From Candidatus Woesearchaeota archaeon (lineage in GTDB: Archaea; Nanobdellota; Nanobdellia; Pacearchaeales; GW2011-AR1): a stretch of 64,000 nt of DNA. A program made the translations under genes and the position numbers. Under the pieces are notes generated by a model that saw only the letters and a program-made list of their open reading frames with translations, was not told where the DNA came from and searched no databases. The stretch is from assembly GCA_964573625.1 (NCBI GenBank), contig CAZNJU010000001.1:513050-577049 (forward strand), in the 5' to 3' direction. Positions 9,744-19,632 of the stretch are shown here, piece by piece (the stretch's first letter is position 1; every line of letters begins with the position of its first letter).

Positions 9744-10857
9744 ATTTTGACTTCACAAGTGCCGCTTCCAATGCGCGAGCGAAAACACGTGCATCAGAAG
9801 ATTTGATTTTTTCATCAATGCTTATTCGTATAGATCCTTTCTGAAGTTCTCGCGACATTCTTATCGCCTCAAGAACATGATCTTCCTTTTCTCGACGGGT
9901 TTCACATGCACTTCCTGTCGACACATATATATTTTTATGCGAAAGAAAAGCTACGAGCGTGTTTGCGTCAATCCCATTGAATGAAGCATGTAGTATATGG
10001 GGCATGTGTTCACGTGAACCGTTAATGCTTCCCCCCAGCTTTTCAATTTCTTTTACAAATGAAGCACGTGTTTTTTCAACACCTTTGAACGTTTTACGAG
10101 ATAACTCAATCGCTTTCGCAAAACCGACGATGCTTGCAACATTTTCTGTTCCTCCACGCATTCCTCGTTCTTGACCGCCCCCTACAATCAATGGCTTAAA
10201 GGGCGTATTTTCTTTTACGAACAAAAATCCTACTCCTTTTGGTCCTCCAATTTTATGTGCCGAAGCAGAAAGTAAGTCAATCTGCATGGCTCGCACGTCT
10301 ATCTTTAATTTTCCAAACGTTTGAGCAGCATCAGTATGGAATAAAATTCCTCTTTCTCTACAAAAACGCGCAATTTCAGCAACAGGTTGTATTGTCCCCA
10401 ATACGTTGTTAGCATGCATCACAGAAACAAGAGAAGCTCCGACGATCAAATCAGCAAGTTCATCAACTCTAACAAGGCCTTCTTTTGTCACAGGAATTCG
10501 TTTTATACGCTGGGCTCTCTTTTCAAGTTCATTGCACATCTCATTAATCGAGGCATGTTCAATAGCACTTATCACAATAGGTTTTGCATTATGCACTGAC
10601 GCAGAAAGAGCCCAATTGTTTGCTTCAGTCACACCAGATGTAAAGAAAATCTCCCACGGTTTAGCATTAATCTCTCGAGCAATAGAATTTCGCGCAGACT
10701 CTACTGCTTTTCGCGCATTCTCTCCCAGTAAGTGTGAAGAGCTCGGATTGCCATACGAATCAGTGTAATAAGGCATCATCGCTTTTAGGACTTCCTTTCG
10801 CACAGGAGTCGTAGCGGCAGAGTCAAGATAAAGTGGTTTCATTGCACACTCTCGCAT
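9736..10857 (-). CDS. iscS: cysteine desulfurase (NifS/IscS family, PLP-dependent)
   Basis: 373 aa with the PLP-lysine motif SASAHKIGGPKG and class V aminotransferase architecture. Confidence 0.85.
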   Translation of the reverse strand: MRECAMKPLYLDSAATTPVRKEVLKAMMPYYTDSYGNPSSSHLLGENARKAVESARNSIAREINAKPWEIFFTSGVTEANNWALSASVHNAKPIVISAIEHASINEMCNELEKRAQRIKRIPVTKEGLVRVDELADLIVGASLVSVMHANNVLGTIQPVAEIARFCRERGILFHTDAAQTFGKLKIDVRAMQIDLLSASAHKIGGPKGVGFLFVKENTPFKPLIVGGGQERGMRGGTENVASIVGFAKAIELSRKTFKGVEKTRASFVKEIEKLGGSINGSREHMPHILHASFNGIDANTLVAFLSHKNIYVSTGSACETRREKEDHVLEAIRMSRELQKGSIRISIDEKIKSSDARVFARALEAALVKSKSN

Positions 10858-11213
10858 CCAGCGATAGTCTTCAACTCTTCAAGCGTCTTATTTCCATAGT
10901 AGAATTGTCCGTTAATCTCCCAAGCCGGGAAACTTCGTATGCCTAAACAAGTGCTACCGGTGCATTCCTGAGTATCAAGAAGTGAGAGCGCACGACCTCC
11001 AAGAAGTTTCTCTTGATAATAGCAATCGACGCAGTTTTCTTGCGTGTACAAAACGGTTCCCTTCTCCTTAAGGCATTTTGCCAGTTCCACTTCCTGGCTG
11101 TTTCCAAGAATATATCCCGTTACTTTTGAAAACCAGTCTGAAAAAACATACATTCCTGCAATAAGTCCAAACAAAATAAACATGGTAATAAAAACGCGCG
11201 TTCGTGCTTCCAT
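10839..11213 (-). CDS. membrane-anchored thioredoxin-fold protein (CxxC)
   Basis: 124 aa with an N-terminal TM helix, a CVDC motif, a second Cys pair, and a cis-Pro-like FPAWEING segment. It overlaps the cysteine desulfurase start. Confidence 0.45.
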   Translation of the reverse strand: MEARTRVFITMFILFGLIAGMYVFSDWFSKVTGYILGNSQEVELAKCLKEKGTVLYTQENCVDCYYQEKLLGGRALSLLDTQECTGSTCLGIRSFPAWEINGQFYYGNKTLEELKTIAGCESVQ

Positions 11214-11261
11214 AGAAGCTTATCACATAACGTTTATAAAAATGTTATTCTTTTACATTGG

Positions 11262-12089
11262 ATGTTCAGATGGTATGGATTAGCCGGTATGCTCCTCATT
11301 ATTCTGGCTGAAATTAACTTTATTGCTAAAATACAGCCTTTCGCAGACTGGTACTTTCCTATTGTCTGGTTTGGATATATTCTAGTTATCGATTCTCTCG
11401 TTTACAAACTCAAGAAAGACTCGCTAATAACAAACAGATTTTATGCATTTATCGGGATGCTCATACTCTCAGCTCTCTTCTGGTGGCTTTTCGAGATTAC
11501 CAATATCTCGTTAAACAACTGGTCATATCATGGTGGAGAGGCAATCTCGACGGTAGGAAAGACCATTTTCAAGTTTCTTTCATTTTCAACCGTACTCCCT
11601 GCCTTTTTCGAAACAGCCGAGCTTTTCAGATCTATTCATCTATTTGATCACGCGGTGCTCAAGAAGAAACATCATATTACTAAACGCTTTTTGCATACGA
11701 TGATGGTTTTAGGTTGTATTTGTTTTTTCCTTGCGATCTTCTTCCCGCTTTTCGCATTCCCTCTCATTTGGCTTAGCTTTTTCCTCTTTCTTGATCCTAT
11801 AAATTATCTTCACAAACAACCAAGCGTGGTTGGGCATTTAAAAGATAGAAAGCTCGCAATTCCTCTTTCCCTTCTGGCGGCAGGAATTGTTATGGGTGTA
11901 CTCTGGGAGTTCTGGAATTATTGGGCGCTTCATAAGTGGACATATTCGATACCCTATGTCGGATTTTTCAAGATATTTGAGATGCCTATTTTAGGGTACC
12001 TAGGTTATTTCCCATTCGCGCTAGAATTGTATGCTATGTATTGGTTTACTCGTAGTCTTTTCACACATAAGGAACATTTATTGGAATAA
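11262..12089 (+). CDS. polytopic integral membrane protein
   Basis: 275 aa with at least seven hydrophobic segments. No recognisable family. Confidence 0.5.
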   Translation: MFRWYGLAGMLLIILAEINFIAKIQPFADWYFPIVWFGYILVIDSLVYKLKKDSLITNRFYAFIGMLILSALFWWLFEITNISLNNWSYHGGEAISTVGKTIFKFLSFSTVLPAFFETAELFRSIHLFDHAVLKKKHHITKRFLHTMMVLGCICFFLAIFFPLFAFPLIWLSFFLFLDPINYLHKQPSVVGHLKDRKLAIPLSLLAAGIVMGVLWEFWNYWALHKWTYSIPYVGFFKIFEMPILGYLGYFPFALELYAMYWFTRSLFTHKEHLLE

Positions 12090-12131
12090 CGAGTGATTTT
12101 TAATAACCTTTAAATAGTTCTTCGCGATACT

Positions 12132-12692
12132 ATGAATATGGCAGCCCTTTTATGGATTATCATCGGTATTATAGCGCTTATAGCTATAATTTTCATATAT
12201 TATTTCAATAGGCTTGTAACACTCTCTAATCGTATTGACAATTCTCTTTCTCAAATAGACGTTCAACTCAAGAAACGAGCAGATCTTGTTCCTAACCTGA
12301 TTGAAACAGTCAAAGGTTACGCTAAACACGAGAAATCAATCATGACACAAGTCACTGAAGCTCGTAAGGCCCTCGTTTCAGCAGGCACATTGGACAAGCG
12401 CATGAAAGCAGGCGCTGAACTTCAATCAGCACTCAAATCTGTCTTTGCGATTGCTGAGAATTATCCGCAGTTGAAGGCAAATGAAAACTTTCTCCAGTTA
12501 CAACAGGAGCTTGCAGCAATTGAGGATAAAGTAGCCTATGCTCGTCAATATTATAACGATTCAACACTCGACTATAACAATCTCGTAACAACTTTCCCCG
12601 GCACGTTCTTTGCTTCAATATATGGCAAGAAAAAGCGCGAGTTCTTCGATATGCCTGCTGAGGAAAAGGCAGTTCCAAAGGTGAGTTTCTAG
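12132..12692 (+). CDS. lemA: LemA family protein
   Basis: 186 aa with an N-terminal TM helix and conserved LemA core (NRL...[28 protein letters not shown]...EAR). Confidence 0.75.
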   Translation: [186 protein letters not shown]

Positions 12693-13226
12693 ATGGGTCA
12701 CTTGAATGTAGAATTCAAGGCACGATGTCACAATCCACATTTTATTAGACAGATACTTGCTTCATTAAACGCGAATCTTAAAGGAGTCGATCATCAAATC
12801 GATACCTATTTTAACACGTCTCGCGGACGCCTTAAACTACGTGAAGGCATCATAGAAAACAACCTTATTTATTACGAACGCTCAGACACGCAAGGCTCAA
12901 AGGAATCTCATGTGATATTATTTGAGACCGAGCCTCGCTCAATTCTTAAAGAAATGCTTGCTAATTCATTTGGTGTACTTGCAGTAGTCGATAAAAAGCG
13001 TGAAATTTACTTTGTAGAAAACGTTAAGATCCATATTGATAATGTTGAGACGCTCGGTTCCTTTGTAGAAGTCGAAGCAATTGATATGGATGGTTCAATC
13101 GGCAAGCCAAAACTTGAGTCGCAGTGTGCTCACTTTCTAGACATATTTAAGATTGCTCAGGAGGACCTTATCGCAACATCGTACAGCGATCTTATTCTAA
13201 ACCCTAATATAGTTCAAAAAGTCTAG
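12693..13226 (+). CDS. CYTH-domain protein (class IV adenylyl cyclase / triphosphate tunnel metalloenzyme family)
   Basis: 177 aa with an N-terminal ExExK-type motif (NVEFKARC) and CyaB-like length. It immediately follows the LemA stop. Confidence 0.6.
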   Translation: MGHLNVEFKARCHNPHFIRQILASLNANLKGVDHQIDTYFNTSRGRLKLREGIIENNLIYYERSDTQGSKESHVILFETEPRSILKEMLANSFGVLAVVDKKREIYFVENVKIHIDNVETLGSFVEVEAIDMDGSIGKPKLESQCAHFLDIFKIAQEDLIATSYSDLILNPNIVQKV

Positions 13227-13228
13227 AG

Positions 13229-14140
13229 TTGTATATTCACATGGCCGAGCGCATATCATTTTATAATGAAATTCAATCGAACAAGCTGAAGTCGTTCGTC
13301 TTAATGGCTATTATTGTAGTTTTCTTTGTCATGTTAGGGTATTTCGTTTCCGTTTTCTTCGATCCTTCTTATTTCTTCGTCATTATGATTTTTTCAATAA
13401 TCATCTCGCTCACGTATACGTTAGTAAGCTATTACAACTCAGATAAAATAGCGCTTGCATCAGTTAATGCGAAACCTGCTTCGCGTACAGAGCATCGTAT
13501 ATTCTTTGATGCTGTAGAAAGCATGTCCTTAGCTTCAGGACTTCCTATGCCGAGACTATATGTAATGAACTCATCAGAAATTAACGCTTTTGCTTCTGGT
13601 CGAGACCCCAAACATGCGGTTATCTGTGTTACCAGCGGCACGTTAGCAAAACTCACTCGGCAAGAACTCGAAGGAGTAATTGCACATGAAATGTCACACG
13701 TCGCTAATTATGACATCCGCTTCATGACTCTTGCCACAGTCATGATAGGAATGATTTCAATAGCCGCAGAAATGTTTCTTAGAAGCCTCTGGTTCTCAGG
13801 CCACGATGACCGCGATTCAAAAGCAGGTGCATTCATCATTATCTTCGGCATTCTCTTCGCAATTCTTGCACCCCTTGCGGCACAACTTGTCCAACTCGCG
13901 ATATCAAGAAAACGCGAGTTCCTTGCTGACTCCACTGCTGTCAAGCTCACGAGAAGCCCAACAGGTCTCATCAACGCTCTAAAAAAGATTCGTGATGAGC
14001 ACGTTCCACGAGAGGAAACAAAGCGCTATTCAAAAGCCACCGCGCCTCTCTTCATTGCAGACCCGTTCAAGAAAGCATCAAATCTCTTCCAAACGCATCC
14101 CGAGCTCAACGAGAGAATAAAACGACTTGAGAGAATGTGA
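13229..14140 (+). CDS. htpX: HtpX-like M48 zinc metalloprotease
   Basis: 303 aa with TM helices, the HExxH motif AHEMSHV, and the C-terminal conserved PELNERI. Confidence 0.8.
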   Translation: MYIHMAERISFYNEIQSNKLKSFVLMAIIVVFFVMLGYFVSVFFDPSYFFVIMIFSIIISLTYTLVSYYNSDKIALASVNAKPASRTEHRIFFDAVESMSLASGLPMPRLYVMNSSEINAFASGRDPKHAVICVTSGTLAKLTRQELEGVIAHEMSHVANYDIRFMTLATVMIGMISIAAEMFLRSLWFSGHDDRDSKAGAFIIIFGILFAILAPLAAQLVQLAISRKREFLADSTAVKLTRSPTGLINALKKIRDEHVPREETKRYSKATAPLFIADPFKKASNLFQTHPELNERIKRLERM

Positions 14141-14159
14141 ATCTAGTCTAAGAATGCAA

Positions 14160-16085
14160 CTAATTCTTATTTCTTCCTAAGAAACCTTTCAAGAACGATT
14201 CGTGTTTTGCTCTATCAAGAATGGCATTGAGCTTATATGCGCCGAGCGTGTTAATCTTTTCAGCTTTGACGACATTCATAATAGGCCGGTGTGTTGTTGG
14301 CGATAAAAGTACGTTGCCTTCTGATAATGTTGCAAGGCGCTTAGCTCCAGGTATGAGTGTGCCCACGGCGGTAAACTCAAACTTTCCTTGCTTCATTTCA
14401 GAGATAATTGAACCACTTACAGCGCCAATACCAAATTGCACGGTATTTCTCCCGCGGGAATTATGTTCTTTCATTGCACTTTCAACTTCCTGCGCACACT
14501 TAGCCGCAAGCAATTCATGATTCTGTTTCTTCGTAAGTGAAGGTGAGAATAGAAGTAACTTGTATTCTTCATCATTGTATACTTTTACTCCTTCACGACG
14601 TGCATGTTCTAATACGTCCTGCGCTTTAGGAGGTATAACTCCATTAGGTGTCTTGAATGCAACAACACTTGCAGGTTCTTTTTTGCCTTCAGAAGTCGTA
14701 AGGGCAGACATTTTCATTGTCCCACCAGATGTTTTTCCAGCAGGGGATTCTTTTGACATTTTCATTGTCCCCTTCATTGAACCACGCCTTCTGACATAAA
14801 AGTTCATGAACAATACAAGCGCAACAAGCACAAGTAAAAATATAGTGGCATAACTTGCCTTGAAGTATCCTTCACGCACTTCACCGAGATTAATAGCACG
14901 ACCTGTAAGAGGAATATTATCAAATGAACTTGCATCCTCTCCGCCTTTTACACTGACAGAATACGTAGAATCCTCTCCGTATAATTTATATTTCTTAACT
15001 TGCCCTACTCCGAGGTCAAGATCACGAACATACGTCGTATTCCCAATAATTATTTCAATAGGCTGCGTATATCGCACGTTTCCAATATTGGTAATGATTA
15101 GCGTAGTATTAACAATTTCAAATCGTATGTGTGCATTTTCAGGAACATAGAACAACTTCTTGCGTATCATTCCTTCCGTTTCGGCCTGCACCTTCCAATA
15201 TCCCGGAGAGGCATTCTGATTCAAGGTAAACGCTTGTTCAGTTCCTGTGCGTACAAGCTTAGAAATGAATGACACGTCCTGTGGTGAGAAAAGCGTGACT
15301 TTGGTATCTTTATCAAGCACGTTTGCAGCTTGATCATATGCATTTACGGCAAACGTTATGGAATCGCCCGCGGCAATGGATTGATTATTAAGAGTTATTT
15401 CCAAATTTCTTAAGACAACACGGACAGAAAATGACGTCTCATGCGCTCCTTCGTTTGCAACCTGATTTGCGCTATCTCGTTCTACTGCACTCACGCGCAT
15501 GACTAACTGTCCTGGCGCAAAATCTTCAGGTAACGTAAGATTCAATGAAAATATTCCGTTTGAGGCAACGCCTGAAACGCTTCTATTTCGTCCAGTGATT
15601 TGAGCATCAATAGGTCCTGAAAACTGCTGGCCATTTGCTTTTTTTGCAGTGCCTGTAATACGTACACTTTCCCCGGGATTGTAAGACGTAGCGCTGAGTG
15701 AGAAATCAACATCAATTACATTAGAAAGTTGAAATTGAGCACTATTTCTTGTATCTCCGTCAAGGCTTGCTTGCAGCGTGCATGTGCCTTTGAGATCAGC
15801 GATGATGTTATGATTAAGTTGAGTCGTAATAGCGACGTCTTTACTTGCGCCCGCTGTCAGATGAATTGCGCTTCTATAGAGTTCTATCTCATTTCCATCA
15901 CAGACAATTTTAACACTTAAGAAATCATTCACTGCATTTGTAGCATGTACTGTTACAATCATATTCAACTCATCACCTAAATTATAGAGCGGTTGAGGCT
16001 GATTGAATAACAATTCTCCAGAAGCAAGCGGAAGAATCGCGATAAATAACATCACCCAAATATATTTCATACTTTTCCAATGCAA
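14160..16085 (-). CDS. large surface protein with C-terminal TM anchor and cytoplasmic tail
   Basis: 641 aa. A signal peptide is followed by ~430 aa of Thr/Ser/Asn-rich beta-type extracellular domains and a TM helix (FLLVLVALVLF). The ~200-aa cytoplasmic tail contains a segment resembling a class III nucleotidyl-cyclase homology domain (FGIGAVSGSII...FTAVGTLIPGAKRLATL). Confidence 0.6.
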   Translation of the reverse strand: MHWKSMKYIWVMLFIAILPLASGELLFNQPQPLYNLGDELNMIVTVHATNAVNDFLSVKIVCDGNEIELYRSAIHLTAGASKDVAITTQLNHNIIADLKGTCTLQASLDGDTRNSAQFQLSNVIDVDFSLSATSYNPGESVRITGTAKKANGQQFSGPIDAQITGRNRSVSGVASNGIFSLNLTLPEDFAPGQLVMRVSAVERDSANQVANEGAHETSFSVRVVLRNLEITLNNQSIAAGDSITFAVNAYDQAANVLDKDTKVTLFSPQDVSFISKLVRTGTEQAFTLNQNASPGYWKVQAETEGMIRKKLFYVPENAHIRFEIVNTTLIITNIGNVRYTQPIEIIIGNTTYVRDLDLGVGQVKKYKLYGEDSTYSVSVKGGEDASSFDNIPLTGRAINLGEVREGYFKASYATIFLLVLVALVLFMNFYVRRRGSMKGTMKMSKESPAGKTSGGTMKMSALTTSEGKKEPASVVAFKTPNGVIPPKAQDVLEHARREGVKVYNDEEYKLLLFSPSLTKKQNHELLAAKCAQEVESAMKEHNSRGRNTVQFGIGAVSGSIISEMKQGKFEFTAVGTLIPGAKRLATLSEGNVLLSPTTHRPIMNVVKAEKINTLGAYKLNAILDRAKHESFLKGFLGRNKN

Positions 16086-16144
16086 TTTTTATATATAAAG
16101 ATGGTGGTCATCATTTTTATAAACCTCTCTAGCGTTAAAACCAC

Positions 16145-17269
16145 ATGAAAAAGAGTCAGGTTACGCCTTGGGATGTTTCAGGCTCAGTTGACTATGAAAA
16201 CATTATAAAAGAGTTCGGTGTTGAAAGAATAACTCCTGAACTTTTGAAAAGAATTGAGAAACTAGCTGGCGAAGCTCACTTCATGTTAAAAAGAGGAATA
16301 TTCTTCGCACATCGAGACCTTAAATGGTTGCTTGATCAGTACGATGCAAAAAATAATTTCTTCCTATACACGGGTCGCGCACCATCAGGACAAGTTCACC
16401 TAGGACATCTTTTACCCTGGGTGTTTACCAAATGGCTTCAAGACGTATTCAACGTTGAACTCTGGTTTCAATTTCCTGATGAAGAAAAGTTTCTTTTTAA
16501 GCAAGAAATGACTTTTGATGAAACGCAGAAATATTTACAGGAGAATATGCTAGACGTTATCGCTCTTGGGTTCAATCCTAAAAAAACGTTTTTCCTTATT
16601 GACACGAAACACGCAAGTTTAATGTACAAAGAGGCATGTAAAGTCGCGAAGAAAATTACTTTTTCTCAAGTTAAATCATCATTTGGAATGACTGATCAGA
16701 ATAATATCGGTTCTATTTTCTATACGGCTATGCAGGCAGTTCCTGCGTTTCTTCCTTCGGTCATTCAGAAAAAAGAAATTCCGTGCCTCATTCCACATGC
16801 TATTGATCAGGATCCACACTTCCGATTAACAAGAGATATTCTTCCTAAGCTCGGACATCACAAACCTGCTTCGATTCAGTGTTTGTTCCTTCCACCATTA
16901 ACAGGTGATGGAAAGATGTCTTCTTCGCAAGAATCGTCTGCAATTTACACGACTGATACCCCTGAAATGGTAAAGAAGAAGATAAACAAGTACGCATTTT
17001 CAGGCGGTAAAGACACGCTAGAAGAGCATAGAAAACACGGAGGCAATCCGGACATAGACATATCATTCCAGTATTTGCGAATGTTTCTCGAACCAGACGA
17101 CAAAAAACTCGCTAAGATTGAAAAAGAGTATCGTTCAGGCAAGCTTCTTTCGGGAGAGTTAAAAGCAATTGCAATAGATAAGATAAATGATTTTCTTAAA
17201 GACCATCAGAAAAAAAGAGAAGCCGCAAAGAAGAAAGTAGACGACTATATCTTAAATGTTAAGTTCTAA
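16145..17269 (+). CDS. trpS: tryptophan--tRNA ligase (archaeal/eukaryotic type)
   Basis: 374 aa with the HIGH-type motif GQVHLGHLLPW and the KMSKS-type motif KMSSSQ. Confidence 0.9.
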   Translation: MKKSQVTPWDVSGSVDYENIIKEFGVERITPELLKRIEKLAGEAHFMLKRGIFFAHRDLKWLLDQYDAKNNFFLYTGRAPSGQVHLGHLLPWVFTKWLQDVFNVELWFQFPDEEKFLFKQEMTFDETQKYLQENMLDVIALGFNPKKTFFLIDTKHASLMYKEACKVAKKITFSQVKSSFGMTDQNNIGSIFYTAMQAVPAFLPSVIQKKEIPCLIPHAIDQDPHFRLTRDILPKLGHHKPASIQCLFLPPLTGDGKMSSSQESSAIYTTDTPEMVKKKINKYAFSGGKDTLEEHRKHGGNPDIDISFQYLRMFLEPDDKKLAKIEKEYRSGKLLSGELKAIAIDKINDFLKDHQKKREAAKKKVDDYILNVKF

Positions 17270-17789
17270 GAACGTCTTTTACAATTAAACGAGGACTCAT
17301 TCCTCTCTTGCGCATTTCTCGTTCACAATCTATTGTTCTATCATTAATTACTTGGTGTCCGAACTGAAGATAATTTTCAGTATCTTCTCCTAGAAAACAA
17401 GTAGCATGCGTATATCTAACAGGGTTTTGTGCCCGGTCTTTCTGCTTACCGTTTAGGGTGCTTTGAGAGTTATGAAACATGACAAGATCTCCAGGTACAA
17501 GTAGTTCAGACGCATATAAATCTCGTAAAGTTTCAAATCTTTCTGGACCTACAACGGGAATAGATTCATACCAAAAGGGAAGATTCCACGCTTCACGATA
17601 ACCTTCAGGAGCATCATAGTGTCTCCCAAAAAAACTGTTTGAGACACGACGCGCATATCCTGCACAGTTTCCAGCAGGAACTCCGCCATCTTTCCAGTCA
17701 TTTAAAGAAAATTTAGGAAATGTGACAAATTTGCCATCAGCATTTTCGAATACCTCCCACCCATCAACACATAATCTTTGAGAACTCAT
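17259..17789 (-). CDS. CHAP/NlpC-P60-like cysteine peptidase domain protein (paralog 1)
   Basis: 176 aa. It shares a Cys motif (NCAGYARRV) and a downstream His motif (YTHATCFLG) with the adjacent paralog. It is the last gene of a four-gene coupled operon. Confidence 0.45.
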   Translation of the reverse strand: MSSQRLCVDGWEVFENADGKFVTFPKFSLNDWKDGGVPAGNCAGYARRVSNSFFGRHYDAPEGYREAWNLPFWYESIPVVGPERFETLRDLYASELLVPGDLVMFHNSQSTLNGKQKDRAQNPVRYTHATCFLGEDTENYLQFGHQVINDRTIDCEREMRKRGMSPRLIVKDVLRT

Positions 17790-17795
17790 AGTACC

Positions 17796-18446
17796 TTATT
17801 TCTTTTTAGAAGTAATTACTTCAACTGGCTTAAGACCTGTTTTCTCCATAGCTTCTAGAGAAATTCGTGGTCTTGTTTTTGATCCAAATTTATCGGCGAA
17901 GAAAAGAGTGTTTCCTTCCTTACCTAGATAGAGAGCCATGTGAGTATATCCTGCTTTCTTTGCTCCTTTATCATAATTATATTCGCTTCGAGGATAGTAC
18001 ATTCCTACCGCATCACCGGGTACCAGGCTTCCTTCGTTAGCTAACTGTTCAAGAGTCTTATTGTTAAGAGGAATTATTTTTACAGAAGAATTTTCACGAA
18101 AATCCCATACATTAGCGTAAGGATAATTTCTATTAAACAATTCTTTTGCAGCAACACGTACGTATCGAGCGCAATAACCATTAGGAACGCCTTTCTCCTG
18201 ATTTTCAGAATATACTGGTCCTTTAAGCGGAAGACTGCTTGGCAAAGGTGCTTCATAATTAAAAGAATTAAGAGGGGTGTTAACAGGTTCAAGCGAGCGT
18301 GTTACTATCGGATATTGAGAAGGTTTAGTTCCAGGCTCAGGACTTATTCCGCGAGAAACATATAATGGAATAAGAGTTGCAAGACCCATAAGCCCAGCTA
18401 GAGGAATATATTTTGTATTTCTTTTGTAAGTACATTTCTTGTCCAT
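17796..18446 (-). CDS. secreted CHAP/NlpC-P60-like cysteine peptidase domain protein (paralog 2)
   Basis: 216 aa with an N-terminal signal/TM segment, GYCARYVRV and YTHMALYLG motifs, and LVPGD shared with paralog 1. Confidence 0.45.
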   Translation of the reverse strand: MDKKCTYKRNTKYIPLAGLMGLATLIPLYVSRGISPEPGTKPSQYPIVTRSLEPVNTPLNSFNYEAPLPSSLPLKGPVYSENQEKGVPNGYCARYVRVAAKELFNRNYPYANVWDFRENSSVKIIPLNNKTLEQLANEGSLVPGDAVGMYYPRSEYNYDKGAKKAGYTHMALYLGKEGNTLFFADKFGSKTRPRISLEAMEKTGLKPVEVITSKKK

Positions 18447-18811
18447 TATGCTGCTTTACCCCTAATATGTTCGTATTCACGAACGTGGAACTGGAAATCA
18501 CCAACATCAATATTTAAACCTTCGCCTAATTTGAGCGCAATAACATGTCTTTCTGGGAAAGATTGCATAAATCCGATGCCTCTGACAAGGTTTTGATACG
18601 TTTTCTCTGAAATAGTACCTTCTGGTGAAGCTTGAACTGCAATCGTCACAGGACGTCTGTAAACCTGCTCAATAGCTCTATCAATTGTCAATTCGTTATC
18701 TGAGACACGTCCATCATACATCTGATTACCCGAAACATATTCACGAGCACTCTCTGCAAATCTGGCAAGCATTCCAGGCTCTTTCACCAATCTAACGATA
18801 TTTTGTTCCAT
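18446..18811 (-). CDS. hypothetical protein
   Basis: 121 aa. Its start/stop is coupled with both flanking genes on the same strand. Confidence 0.4.
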   Translation of the reverse strand: MEQNIVRLVKEPGMLARFAESAREYVSGNQMYDGRVSDNELTIDRAIEQVYRRPVTIAVQASPEGTISEKTYQNLVRGIGFMQSFPERHVIALKLGEGLNIDVGDFQFHVREYEHIRGKAA

Positions 18812-19074
18812 TAGCTTCCATCTCCCCTTAGAGGAACAGTAAGAAACCTATTATTCCGCGGATCCGCAATAAATGAGCTTATTTCAGAAGTTATTCTTTC
18901 AAGAAGTGCTTCTCCGCTTCCATTAAGGTCTTCACCACGCGTAACTCGAGCATACACGTTTGCAGGGCAAATGTTTCTTAGGATTGGAACGGCCATAACA
19001 GGATTACCTGCCTTGCTAATAGTAAGATAACCTGTCTTAGTACATGCTCGAACGTCATACATATCGTTTGTCAT
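18811..19074 (-). CDS. hypothetical protein
   Basis: 87 aa. It is the first gene of the coupled minus-strand cluster 19074->17259. Confidence 0.4.
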   Translation of the reverse strand: MTNDMYDVRACTKTGYLTISKAGNPVMAVPILRNICPANVYARVTRGEDLNGSGEALLERITSEISSFIADPRNNRFLTVPLRGDGS

Positions 19075-19175
19075 GTAAATTAGTCAAAAACTCACTATAT
19101 AAAGCTTTCTCCTATAGTTCCTAAGTAGTAGTAACAAATAGTAATCTTTATATATAGCTTATTTGTGCTTTCAGT

Positions 19176-19598
19176 ATGAAAAATAGAAGCGATTTAAAGA
19201 GCTATTTGGAAGAAAGCCTAGCTTTGCAAACATACGTCCCCGGAGAAGAATTAGACCCCTTAGTCGCTCTTTCTCAAATGGCTGGTCTCGATACACTCGT
19301 TTCTCATCTTGACGCTGAACAATGCAATTGGGAAACTATCGAGTATTTCGGAATCAAACCTCATAATTCAGAGCCCTCTCCTGAAGCTGTTTTTAATCGT
19401 AGCAAATCTTTCTATCTCTCTAATGGACTAAAACACACAGGATGTATAGATCATGACGCAGACGATAAGGGCTCACTAGAACAGTATGCTACCAGTTTTA
19501 CAGAACCATCAGGACGAGCTCTCTATTTGCGCGTTGTCAAGACAGGAAAACCACACCCTTCTTTTTCTGTAACTTCTTCCTATTATGTTGGCGAATAG
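19176..19598 (+). CDS. hypothetical protein
   Basis: 140-aa ORF with no recognisable motif. Confidence 0.4.
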   Translation: MKNRSDLKSYLEESLALQTYVPGEELDPLVALSQMAGLDTLVSHLDAEQCNWETIEYFGIKPHNSEPSPEAVFNRSKSFYLSNGLKHTGCIDHDADDKGSLEQYATSFTEPSGRALYLRVVKTGKPHPSFSVTSSYYVGE

Positions 19599-19632
19599 AC
19601 ATTCTTAAAAACCTTCTTTTCTACATACCTGT

